Assembly (NCBI GenBank): GCA_048940925.1
Contig: JBHLOC010000005.1
Coordinates: 48,978 to 112,977, forward strand
Length of the DNA stretch: 64,000 bases
DNA from: Promethearchaeota archaeon
GTDB taxonomy: Archaea; Asgardarchaeota; Lokiarchaeia; Sigyniarchaeales; SOKP01
Direction of reading: 5' to 3'
A program made the position numbers and the translations under genes. The stretch's first letter is position 1. Each line of letters starts with the position of its first letter. The notes beneath the pieces are model-generated. The model searched no databases, had not been told where the DNA came from, and worked only from the letters and a program-made list of their open reading frames with translations. Shown in pieces: positions 8,680-17,711 of this stretch.

Positions 8680-9624
8680 ATGACTGCAAAACAATTACAA
8701 GAAGAGATTTTAACTCTAAAAAAGCACAATGAAGTAACAATTCTAGCTCATTATTATCAACCAATCGAAATTCAAGACATTGCAGATTTCGTAGGTGACT
8801 CTCTTGGGTTATCCCGTACTGCTAAAGAACAAGCAAATACAGAGTTTATTATATTTGCTGGCGTTGATTTTATGGCAGAAACTGCTTCAATCTTAAATCA
8901 AGATAAACATGTATTAATTCCTAACTACGAATCATGTTGTCCTATGGCAGCATTTTTAACTCCAGAAATGGTTATAGACTTTAAAAAAGAATATCCTGAA
9001 TTACCCGTTGTTGTATATGTTAACTCAACTGCCGCAGTAAAAGCTGAATCTGATATCTGTTGTACATCTGCTAATGCGGTTAAAATTGTTGAGAACATTA
9101 GTCATGAATTTGGTGTTGAATCTGTATTATTTGGACCAGATGCCAACTTAGCAGATTATGCTGAACAGATCTCAGGGATTAGATGCCTTAAAATGCCAGA
9201 AGAAGGTCATTGTTATGTGCATTCGCAGATAACTATAGAAGACATAAAAAATGTAAAAGAGAAATATCCTAGCGCAGAACTCATTGTACATCCTGAGTGT
9301 ATTAGAGGTGTAAGAGAATTATCAGATTTCGTAGGGTCAACAACTCGAATGTATAATTATGTTAAAAAAAATTCTTCAAAAGTAGATGAATTTATTATAG
9401 GAACGGAAGTTGGACTCTTAGAACGTTTAACTGAAGATTTTCCTGATAATAAGTTCTACCTCGCAAAAGATAGACTAATTTGCTACAATATGAAGAAGCA
9501 CAATCTCGAACTCATTAAATACCTTTTGGAAAATTTAGATGATAAAGCTTTTGAGGTGAAAGTGCCTACAGAAATTGCAGATCGTGCTATAAAGCCAATT
9601 GAAAAGATGCTAAAATACTCTTAA
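8680..9624 (+). CDS. nadA: quinolinate synthase
   Basis: ILAHYYQ, DFVGDS, GVDFMAETA, CPMA, YVNSTAAVKA, CCTSANA, FGPDANL, CYVH, HPEC, GTEVGL, CYNMK. Confidence 0.96.
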   Translation: MTAKQLQEEILTLKKHNEVTILAHYYQPIEIQDIADFVGDSLGLSRTAKEQANTEFIIFAGVDFMAETASILNQDKHVLIPNYESCCPMAAFLTPEMVIDFKKEYPELPVVVYVNSTAAVKAESDICCTSANAVKIVENISHEFGVESVLFGPDANLADYAEQISGIRCLKMPEEGHCYVHSQITIEDIKNVKEKYPSAELIVHPECIRGVRELSDFVGSTTRMYNYVKKNSSKVDEFIIGTEVGLLERLTEDFPDNKFYLAKDRLICYNMKKHNLELIKYLLENLDDKAFEVKVPTEIADRAIKPIEKMLKYS

Positions 9625-9635
9625 GAATTATAACT

Positions 9636-11159
9636 TTAAAAGAAATCAGTAATTCTCATCTGATATCTATCATCTAGATATTTCAAAAAAGCGGAAGTAG
9701 GCTTTAAAAACCATAAAGCATTATTATCGGCGTTCTTTTCAAATTTTTTAATAGTATTATAATTAAATTTAAATTGTTTCATTAGTGTACGGAGTTTAAA
9801 CAACCATTTTACAAAATTCTTGTACAATCTCCCATTATTGCTTGCTCTTGAACTATGAGTTTTTTCATAATATTTAATATCGTTATCAGTATATTCTGTA
9901 TAATATCTGAAATTTTGCCCCATCCAAAAAAATCGTGATACTGATTCTGAAAACTTTTTAATTCTACAGCCTGTTAGCTTTAAGGTTTTAAGATTCTTTA
10001 ATTCGTTTAGACTGTCGGGAATTTCTTCTATGTTAATATTTCCTGAAAGATCTAATAGTTCTAAATTATAAAGTCCCCGTAAACCTTCAATTTTTTCTAT
10101 ATAATTATTTTTTAAGTAGAGCTTTTTCAAATTGGTAAACCTTTCAAATCCCTTTATACTTTTTATTCTATTATTACTTAAATCGATTTCTTCTATAAAC
10201 TCATAATTTGCTTCAATTCCCTTGATATCTTCAAAATTTTCTATCAGTTTATTTTTTAAGTTAACTTTTGCTTCTAAGATAATTCCAATAAGGTTTTTAT
10301 TATAAGTAATTAATTTTAAAGCTAAATTGTCGAAACTAATTTGAGCTTTATTTAAGAATTTAAGTATAGGAAAGCTTCTATTTGTTTTATATCTCTGGTA
10401 TATAATCTCAACGAATCTTTGTCTCAATTTTTCAGGTACTTTCTCTATTGCTTTCAATAATATTAAATATTTATATTTAAAACGGAATCTATTCACAAAA
10501 CGAGTTGTATATTTTTTTATTTGTTTGATGGATTCAGAATCTCCAACATCTCTTAAGTATGGAAGGATATTTCTTATATATTCATCAATACTTGGGAAAT
10601 CTATATCAATTAACATACTTTCAAATTCTTCTTCTGTCAAATAATACAAATAACCATTTTGTGTTAAGTATCTAATCACTGTAGGATGACCAGTGGCATA
10701 TCTTATTGCTATTTCTTCTTTAAACTTTCGTCTTGCAATAGGATCACCAGCATCAACAAGAGCTTTTAATAAGGGAAATGCTATATTACGGTGTAGAATC
10801 CTTGTATCATATTCATTATCAGCCCAAGCTTGAATATTTGAACAATGGCCCCAAAATTCTGTCTCAGGAGGAACTTTTCTATGATTTCTTTCCATAGATC
10901 TATCTAGTTTTACTGAAGCCTCATCTATAGATTCAATCTCATCATATTCTTCAATTTTGTCTACAGGAATATTTATTAATAAGTACATACATTGAATAAA
11001 GCGACTATTGTTTACGTATATATTAGTCCTTCCACTTTCAAGTTTTAATTTAAGATACTGGTTAATCTTAAATTCTTTTATTTGATTAAAAGGTTTATTT
11101 ATGATATAATAAGTAAGTAATGAAATAATTAACAATATAATTATCTGATTTAAATGCAT
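9636..11159 (-). CDS. Lokiarchaeal-type LRR protein with N-terminal 'EFWGHCSN...AW' domain
   Basis: N-domain EFKINQYLKLKL...EFWGHCSNIQAW...YDTRILHRNIAFPLLKAL; C-terminal SDS22-like LRRs (IDLSNNRIKSIKGF, LYLKNNYIEKIEGL); start uncertain. Confidence 0.75.
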   Translation of the reverse strand: MHLNQIIILLIISLLTYYIINKPFNQIKEFKINQYLKLKLESGRTNIYVNNSRFIQCMYLLINIPVDKIEEYDEIESIDEASVKLDRSMERNHRKVPPETEFWGHCSNIQAWADNEYDTRILHRNIAFPLLKALVDAGDPIARRKFKEEIAIRYATGHPTVIRYLTQNGYLYYLTEEEFESMLIDIDFPSIDEYIRNILPYLRDVGDSESIKQIKKYTTRFVNRFRFKYKYLILLKAIEKVPEKLRQRFVEIIYQRYKTNRSFPILKFLNKAQISFDNLALKLITYNKNLIGIILEAKVNLKNKLIENFEDIKGIEANYEFIEEIDLSNNRIKSIKGFERFTNLKKLYLKNNYIEKIEGLRGLYNLELLDLSGNINIEEIPDSLNELKNLKTLKLTGCRIKKFSESVSRFFWMGQNFRYYTEYTDNDIKYYEKTHSSRASNNGRLYKNFVKWLFKLRTLMKQFKFNYNTIKKFEKNADNNALWFLKPTSAFLKYLDDRYQMRITDFF

Positions 11160-11312
11160 ATTTCAGATAAAAAAAATTAGGTCTTTTGTAAATGAAATTA
11201 TATATGATTTTAGTTTATGATATTAAAACCCCAATGATTTTATATTATTAAAAAAAAATAGTTGTACTTATTTTAATTTAAAAAAAAATTATAATTTAAA
11301 CTTAGAATAAGA

Positions 11313-12437
11313 TTAAGCCCAATCAAAAAGATTTACACTTCTTCTTTCAGGGTATTCATCTCTTACTTTTAACATTTTGATTGCGTTATTAGGACAATTC
11401 ACAGCACAGGTTCCGCATCCCATACACATTTCTTCTCTGACTTTCATTCTTTCATCTGAAGAATCCGGTTCATTTGGCCAGATATGATAAATTGCTTCAT
11501 TTGGGCATTTTTCCATACATATTTCACATTTTGTACAGAGTTCCATATCAAATTCGGGAGAAAAATTGGTTTGATTAACACCCAAATAATGATATAATTT
11601 TGCTGGAAGAAGGTTTCCACAATGACAAGTGCAACAATTACAAATCCACTGTGATGTCTCCTTACTGGTATCCGCAACAGTAGCATGCACGAGACCTGCT
11701 TTTTCAGTTTCTCTAATAAACTCAATAGCTTCTTCCTTAGATAGCCTTTTTGCCCCATAAGCAATCTGCCTTTCCGCTCTTTCTCCAGTCAAAAAACAGC
11801 CCATTTCAGCAGGTGCTTGTTTACAGGGTTCACCTGTATATTCACCAATTAACCGACATTGACAAGGTACAACTGCAAATGATTCATTTTTATCAATCAT
11901 ATCTTTTACTACCTCATAAGGAAGAACTTGAGTTTCAACGTCAAAAGATTCATCAACTTTAATTAGCTTCTCCTCAGAGTCATATGGAAGCAAAGGACGC
12001 CATGTTTTTCGTATATTATTAACATTATCTAAATCTGGTCCTAAGGAAGAAACTACCCGGTTCTTAAAAATATATCGGTATATTTCAGCAGCTTTTTGAA
12101 GATTTTCTTCAGAATCCTTACGTCTTATGAAATACATTTCAAATATACCCGGTACAAGAGGTAATAGTCTATAATCTGAACCAATTCTTATAATAGTCCC
12201 ATTTCTAGCCGGTCTTCTTAATATTTTTTCTATCCCTTCTTCTGATAAACCTGTTCTTTCATGTAATTCTTTTAGTGATATTTTTGAACCAACATTATTA
12301 AATTGGGTCAAAATCTTTATCTCTTCTTCATTCCAGAAGATCTTCATCAATTTGAATATTTTTTTGTTTTTAGGAGCATTTATTCTACCAATTTGCAGTT
12401 TTTGCCTTACAATTTCATAATTATCAACTTCAGTCAT
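11313..12437 (-). CDS. 4Fe-4S dicluster (ferredoxin-domain) protein with N-terminal HTH-like region
   Basis: CTKCEICMEKCP and CMGCGTCAVNCP, plus PCQCR and ICNCCTCHC Cys clusters. Confidence 0.85.
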   Translation of the reverse strand: MTEVDNYEIVRQKLQIGRINAPKNKKIFKLMKIFWNEEEIKILTQFNNVGSKISLKELHERTGLSEEGIEKILRRPARNGTIIRIGSDYRLLPLVPGIFEMYFIRRKDSEENLQKAAEIYRYIFKNRVVSSLGPDLDNVNNIRKTWRPLLPYDSEEKLIKVDESFDVETQVLPYEVVKDMIDKNESFAVVPCQCRLIGEYTGEPCKQAPAEMGCFLTGERAERQIAYGAKRLSKEEAIEFIRETEKAGLVHATVADTSKETSQWICNCCTCHCGNLLPAKLYHYLGVNQTNFSPEFDMELCTKCEICMEKCPNEAIYHIWPNEPDSSDERMKVREEMCMGCGTCAVNCPNNAIKMLKVRDEYPERRSVNLFDWA

Positions 12438-12641
12438 ATGATATATGATAGCAAGAATTAATTAAAACTTAATGTTTCTAAAAATCTTATTTTCATATTG
12501 ACAGAAATGTCATTGGAACTGTTTAATGCTTACTATTTACAAAAAGTTATGTTATTCTTGTTTGTTTTTAATTATCGAGATACTTTAAAAAAGATTGGAT
12601 TAGTTTTCCTGAAAAAATTGCATGTAAAAATTCTCATTAAT

Positions 12642-13754
12642 TCATTCATTGATAGATAATGAAGTAAGAATATTGACATTTACATCTAATTTAGAGCCAT
12701 TTAATATAACTTCTCGAAGCGCTTTACCTTCTTCTGTTATGAGTAATTTTTTAGATTGTGTAACTCCTTCCATCAATTTCTCTCTCTCAATATCTAAAAA
12801 TCCCATTTCTATCGCGTTCTTAATAATCAAATTTAATACTAATAATTGAAATTGTTCTTGAATTGCGTCCCAAATTAGACCCATTTCTTTTAATTGATTT
12901 GTTATTTCTTCAGCCATAATATCTAAATCATAGATCATATCATAGATACCTTCTTGAAGATTAATTATTTCATTTATTAATTTGTCTTTAATAAGTCTGA
13001 GAGTTGTTGTTCCTAATAAATCTTCCTCATGAAAAAAAAAATCATTATGTTCCCGTTTAATTAAATAAAAACCAAAATTACTATTCATCAACTTAAATTT
13101 AGCTAAATAATTAATTGCTTCTTTTGAAACATTATGTAATTCGCAAAATTGGTCTAAATTCAATTTATACCCTACAAATTTTTGAGAGCTAGATTCATCA
13201 AAGTGCCAATATTTTCGAGCAAAAGCACCCTGACCTAGTATAGAATTATAGAATATATAAAAAAGTGATAAATACAGATCTCTATCTTGTTGCAGCTCAA
13301 AAAAATTATCTCCAATTTTGGAAATAATTCTTACAATATGGATTATAAATGGGTCTTCCACACTTATAACTTTGTAAAAATCTATTAAATCCTCGAGCTT
13401 TCGTACGTTTTCTTTTAATTCATTGATAACAAATAACTCATCTTTTAGTTTTAAGGGTTCTTCTTCAAGTTTTTCTATTCCCTTATCTGTTATAATATAA
13501 CCTCTATATTGTTTATTTGTTTGCTTATCTGTAATTAAGCGTTGTTCTACATTTCCACTCTTTTGATGAAGATTTAGATATTTAGAAACTGTGGATCTAC
13601 TCAATTTTGAATATTTTATTATATTAGTAAATCTCTGCGGGCCTAGATTTCTAAGAATGAACAATATCCTCCTACTATTATCTTCAATATTACTAGATTT
13701 AGTTAGTAACTCGTTCTTTAACTTTTTCGATATATTCCAGCTTTCCATATTCAT
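12642..13754 (-). CDS. winged-helix transcriptional regulator with a large C-terminal domain
   Basis: RILFILRNLGPQRFTNIIKYSKLSRSTVSKYLN...YIITDKGIEKL wHTH signature. Confidence 0.7.
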   Translation of the reverse strand: MNMESWNISKKLKNELLTKSSNIEDNSRRILFILRNLGPQRFTNIIKYSKLSRSTVSKYLNLHQKSGNVEQRLITDKQTNKQYRGYIITDKGIEKLEEEPLKLKDELFVINELKENVRKLEDLIDFYKVISVEDPFIIHIVRIISKIGDNFFELQQDRDLYLSLFYIFYNSILGQGAFARKYWHFDESSSQKFVGYKLNLDQFCELHNVSKEAINYLAKFKLMNSNFGFYLIKREHNDFFFHEEDLLGTTTLRLIKDKLINEIINLQEGIYDMIYDLDIMAEEITNQLKEMGLIWDAIQEQFQLLVLNLIIKNAIEMGFLDIEREKLMEGVTQSKKLLITEEGKALREVILNGSKLDVNVNILTSLSINE

Positions 13755-13940
13755 ATAATGATAGTCTTACTATAAAAAATTATACTTTTTTACTATACTA
13801 AAACTAAAAGTATAATGTAATACTAATAATATTAAATTTAGTATATTTTGAAACTAACTCTTAAATATCTAAAGTTTTATAACTATAAGAATAAATTTTA
13901 AAACTTGAGTATTAAAAATTAAATATTTATTCATAGTAAA

Positions 13941-14147
13941 ATGTCAATTGAAGACCCAAATTTATTAAAAAGGATAAAAAATATCGAAGATAGACTAGAT
14001 AAAATAGAAACCCGTATTTCTCGCTTGGAAAGCAGGATAAGTCGTCAACCAATATCACCATCACCTCAACCAGGCCCAATTCGTCCTCCAGGTCCACCTG
14101 GTCCCCCAGGACCTCCACCAGAACCCTTCCGTTTCACTAATGATTAA
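13941..14147 (+). CDS. small coiled-coil plus Gly-Pro-Pro repeat protein
   Basis: Heptads IKNIEDRLDKIETRISRLESRI followed by PSPQPGPIRPPGPPGPPGPPPEP; the GC-rich patch in an AT-rich background supports coding. Confidence 0.7.
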   Translation: MSIEDPNLLKRIKNIEDRLDKIETRISRLESRISRQPISPSPQPGPIRPPGPPGPPGPPPEPFRFTND

Positions 14148-14290
14148 GTTAGATTAATTATCGATATCAATAACAAATTAGAAGAGTAATTTAAACTGAA
14201 GTCTAATTGAAAACACCAAAGACCTTAAGTAAAAAAAAAACAACTATCATTTAATAGATAAAAAAATTTTTGAAAAAGGTTAGAATTAAC

Positions 14291-14551
14291 ATGACTCAAT
14301 ATCGATTTAGACTTACAGGGGTTCCACCTGATCAAGCTATCAAATTGATCGAACTTGATCCGAATAATTCAATAGCAGACATTAAGAAAACTGTTCAACG
14401 GGAATATAAATTAAATCCAATATTAGCAATTCAATTTATCTTTAAGGGAAAAGTTTTACCCGACCAATTGAAGTTTTCTAAAATAGGAATCCATCCAAAA
14501 AAAGACGTTATAACCGTTATGGCAACGCAAGCTGGTGGACGATTCTCTTAG
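14291..14551 (+). CDS. ubiquitin-like (beta-grasp) protein with C-terminal GG followed by RFS
   Basis: From ATG 14291: ...IELDPNNSIADIKKTVQREYKL...IQFIFKGKVLPD...KIGI...VITVMATQAGGRFS; matches the Ub pattern (TIxxVK, LIFxGKxL.D, GG). Confidence 0.8.
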   Translation: MTQYRFRLTGVPPDQAIKLIELDPNNSIADIKKTVQREYKLNPILAIQFIFKGKVLPDQLKFSKIGIHPKKDVITVMATQAGGRFS

Positions 14552-14753
14552 AGGAAAAATAACCATCCTAGTTTTTTTCATTATTTTTTTTTAATAATAC
14601 CTAATTTTCTAATTCAATTCTTATTGAAAATATTCAAAAACATTGCATTTACACTTTATTGTAAAACGAATATTATATATATTATTGAAGAGTATAAATT
14701 TAATAATTACAATTAAAGTAATTGAAATCTTAGTTTACAAAAATGTGATAATT

Positions 14754-15293
14754 ATGGGTAAAGGTTCTGGTTTAGCTGTATTTGCTTTACTTATAGGTAT
14801 TGGTGGTTTAGGCTTTGGAATCTATACATATTTCACCTTTAACCAAACTATAGAAGCTATGCAGGGTGATATTGATAAATTTGAAGTAGGATCTTATGTT
14901 CATCGAACATATTATGATAATAGGACTGCATATTATACAGCAACAATGTCAGATTCTTGGTATGAGATTCCAGATTTATCTATTCTATTTAAAGTAGAAC
15001 CTGGAGAAAGTGTGTATTTTTTATTTACATGTAGAGCTTATCTTCATCCCGATTCAAGTACTTGGTTCATGCGATTTAGACTAATAATTGATGATGTAGC
15101 AATTGATCGATCAGCTACCACGGTAGGAGGTGCTGGGACTTTAACATATATATATTATTCAATAACGCTTCAATACACAGATATATCTATACCAGCAGGC
15201 AATCATGAAGTTAAGGTTGATACTATGAGAGAGTGTGATGATAACTCTTACATAGATCATTGTTCCTTATTAGTACAAACCTATATACCATAA
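14754..15293 (+). CDS. membrane-anchored protein with a beta-rich extracellular domain
   Basis: Probable ATG at 14754 (MGKGSGLAVFALLIGIGGLGFGIY, a signal anchor); beta-rich C-terminus. Confidence 0.6.
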   Translation: MGKGSGLAVFALLIGIGGLGFGIYTYFTFNQTIEAMQGDIDKFEVGSYVHRTYYDNRTAYYTATMSDSWYEIPDLSILFKVEPGESVYFLFTCRAYLHPDSSTWFMRFRLIIDDVAIDRSATTVGGAGTLTYIYYSITLQYTDISIPAGNHEVKVDTMRECDDNSYIDHCSLLVQTYIP

Positions 15294-15500
15294 AGCTATT
15301 TAATAATTCTCTTTTAATCTTCTTTTTTTTTATATATTTAATATTAAATCTAATATTTTATTCAATTTCCTTTGAGAATGAACTAATTAGAGATAGATCG
15401 CTATTAAAATCTTTCAATACCTTAATCATAATTTTCTAAAGGGTTTTCATTTATCCAATTTGACCTCTTTTTAAAAAAAATTTTAATTTCATAATTATAA

Positions 15501-16493
15501 ATGAATAATATGAATATAATAATTAGATGGGGAATTATAGGTTGTGGAAGAATAGCACATAAGTTTGCTGAAGGATTAAAGGTACTTCCTAATGCAATTT
15601 TGGAGGGTGTTGCTTCTAAAACAGAAGGAAAAGCTGAAAGTTTTGCAAAGATTTTTCATGGAAAAAGTATATATAATAATTATTTAGAATTAGTGAATAA
15701 TCCTTCTGTGGATGTAGTTTATATCGCAACCACTCACAATTTCCATTATGAAAATACACGACTCTGTTTAAATCATGGAAAACCCGTACTCTGTGAAAAA
15801 CCTTTTACGTTGAATGCTAAACAAGCTGAAGAATTAATCGAGACTGCCCGTAAAAATAAATTATTTTTAATGGAAGCGATGTGGACAAGGTTTTTACCGT
15901 GTATTGTAAAATTAAATGAATTGTTAGAAAAGAAAATATTAGGAGAAATTCAACATTTTAAGGCTGATTTTGGAATTCGACATAAATTTGATCCTAAAGA
16001 ACGTTCATTTAATCCTGATTTAGGAGGTGGTGCATTACTTGATCTGGGAATCTATCCTATTTCATTCGCAAGAATGATTTATAAACGATCTCCTTCAAAA
16101 ATAATGAGTACTGCATATATTGGAAAAACAAATGTAGATGAAAAATCTTGTTATTTATTTGAGTATGAAAATGGACAAACAGCTATGCTTTCTTCTTCAC
16201 ATAGATTAATTATGCCGCATGATGCTTTCATTTTTGGAACTAAAGGATATATGGAAATTCCAGACTTTTATCATCCATCAAAAATGATTTTGAAATTAGA
16301 GGGAAAACGAAAGAAAGTGATTAAAGTCCCTTTTAAATCAACAGGTTACAATTATGAAGCCAAGGAAGTGATGGAATGTCTAAATAACGGAAAATTGGAA
16401 AGCAAAGTCATGCCTTTGAATGAAACTTTAAAAATAATGAAAACCATGGATACTTTACGTTCCCAATGGCATTTTAAATATCCTGGAGAATAA
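15501..16493 (+). CDS. Gfo/Idh/MocA family NAD(P)-dependent oxidoreductase (dihydrodiol/sugar dehydrogenase-like)
   Basis: WGIIGCGRIA, VDVVYIAT, VLCEKP, MEAMWTRF, GGGALLDLGIYP. Confidence 0.92.
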   Translation: MNNMNIIIRWGIIGCGRIAHKFAEGLKVLPNAILEGVASKTEGKAESFAKIFHGKSIYNNYLELVNNPSVDVVYIATTHNFHYENTRLCLNHGKPVLCEKPFTLNAKQAEELIETARKNKLFLMEAMWTRFLPCIVKLNELLEKKILGEIQHFKADFGIRHKFDPKERSFNPDLGGGALLDLGIYPISFARMIYKRSPSKIMSTAYIGKTNVDEKSCYLFEYENGQTAMLSSSHRLIMPHDAFIFGTKGYMEIPDFYHPSKMILKLEGKRKKVIKVPFKSTGYNYEAKEVMECLNNGKLESKVMPLNETLKIMKTMDTLRSQWHFKYPGE

Positions 16494-16577
16494 AAGACTG
16501 CTACAATTTAATTTTAAAAAAGAATTTAAAGGGAAAAAAAAAAAATTTATATTTAAAATCTTCTATTAGTTATTGCT

Positions 16578-17699
16578 TTACTCTTCTGCAGGACCCGGAA
16601 TTAAATTCTTTCCTGTGTTTGCATCAAAAATATGAATTCTTTTATCATCAAATGTTAAATTCACTTCTTTACCAATCTCTAAATCTTGTATTGATTTAGC
16701 TATTACAATTACAGGTTTCTCATTCAATGTAAGATGTATATATAATTCTCTGCCCATACCTTCGATAATCTCAACTTTTGCTTTTATTGAACTATCAGTA
16801 GTGTCTTTTGAAAATGAAATATGTTCAGGCCTAATGCCTAGTACAACATCAGTTGTTTTTGGTTTTTTTAAATTATTAAATCTATTTGGTAATTCATACA
16901 TTTTAATTCTTAGATCAATGTAATTCTTTCCATTCTTTTCTATAAGTGTACCATTTAACATATTCATTGGAGGACTCCCTATAAATCCAGCAACAAATAT
17001 ATTTTTAGGAAAATTGTAAATATTTTCTGGGATATCCACTTGTTCTACAATACCATTATTTAAAATAGCAATCCTATCACCAATTGACATTGCTTCTAAT
17101 TGATCATGTGTCACATATATAATAGTTGTACCTAACCTTTGATGTAATCTCTTTAATTCGGCTCTAGCAAAAACTCTCAATTTAGCATCAAGGTTTGAGA
17201 GAGGTTCATCCATCAGAAAAGCGTTGGGTTCTCTAACGATAGCTCGTGCTAATGCTACCCTCTGTCTTTGACCTCCACTAAGTTGTTTTGGCTTTCTATC
17301 TAATAATTGAGATATTTCAAGATTCTCAGCCACATTTTTAACTCTTTCCTCAATTTCTTGTCTGGGTTTCCTTCTAATTTCTAAAGGAAAGGCTATATTC
17401 TTAAATACAGTCATATGAGGATAAATTGCATAATCTTGAAACACCATAGCTACATTTCTATCCTGTGGCCTTTCAAATATATGATCTTCTATGCTTGTAA
17501 CTCTTTCATTCCCAAACCATATTTCACCTTCATCTGGTTTAATTAATCCTGCTATACATAAAAGAGTCGTAGTTTTTCCACATCCAGAAGGCCCTAGCAA
17601 TATAAATAGTTCTCCATCATTAATTTTTATGTTGATATCCTTGATTGCTATGGTATTATCATATATTTTTGACAAATTTTTTATTTCTACACTTGCGAT
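16578..17699 (-). CDS. sugar ABC transporter ATP-binding protein (MalK/MsmX family); probable ATC start at 17699
   Basis: GPSGCGKTT, LSGGQRQRVALARA, FLMDEPLSNLDAKLR; upstream in-frame IASVEIKNLSKIY follows a GAGGTGA SD (ORF track starts at 17675). Confidence 0.93.
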   Translation of the reverse strand: MASVEIKNLSKIYDNTIAIKDINIKINDGELFILLGPSGCGKTTTLLCIAGLIKPDEGEIWFGNERVTSIEDHIFERPQDRNVAMVFQDYAIYPHMTVFKNIAFPLEIRRKPRQEIEERVKNVAENLEISQLLDRKPKQLSGGQRQRVALARAIVREPNAFLMDEPLSNLDAKLRVFARAELKRLHQRLGTTIIYVTHDQLEAMSIGDRIAILNNGIVEQVDIPENIYNFPKNIFVAGFIGSPPMNMLNGTLIEKNGKNYIDLRIKMYELPNRFNNLKKPKTTDVVLGIRPEHISFSKDTTDSSIKAKVEIIEGMGRELYIHLTLNEKPVIVIAKSIQDLEIGKEVNLTFDDKRIHIFDANTGKNLIPGPAEE

Positions 17700-17711
17700 T
17701 TTACATCACCT

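Noticed and set aside
11100-11159. Apparent signal anchor MHLNQIIILLIISLLTYYII on the third LRR protein
   Set aside because: May be translation of AT-rich upstream DNA; the conserved-looking domain begins at EFKIN, so the start is uncertain.
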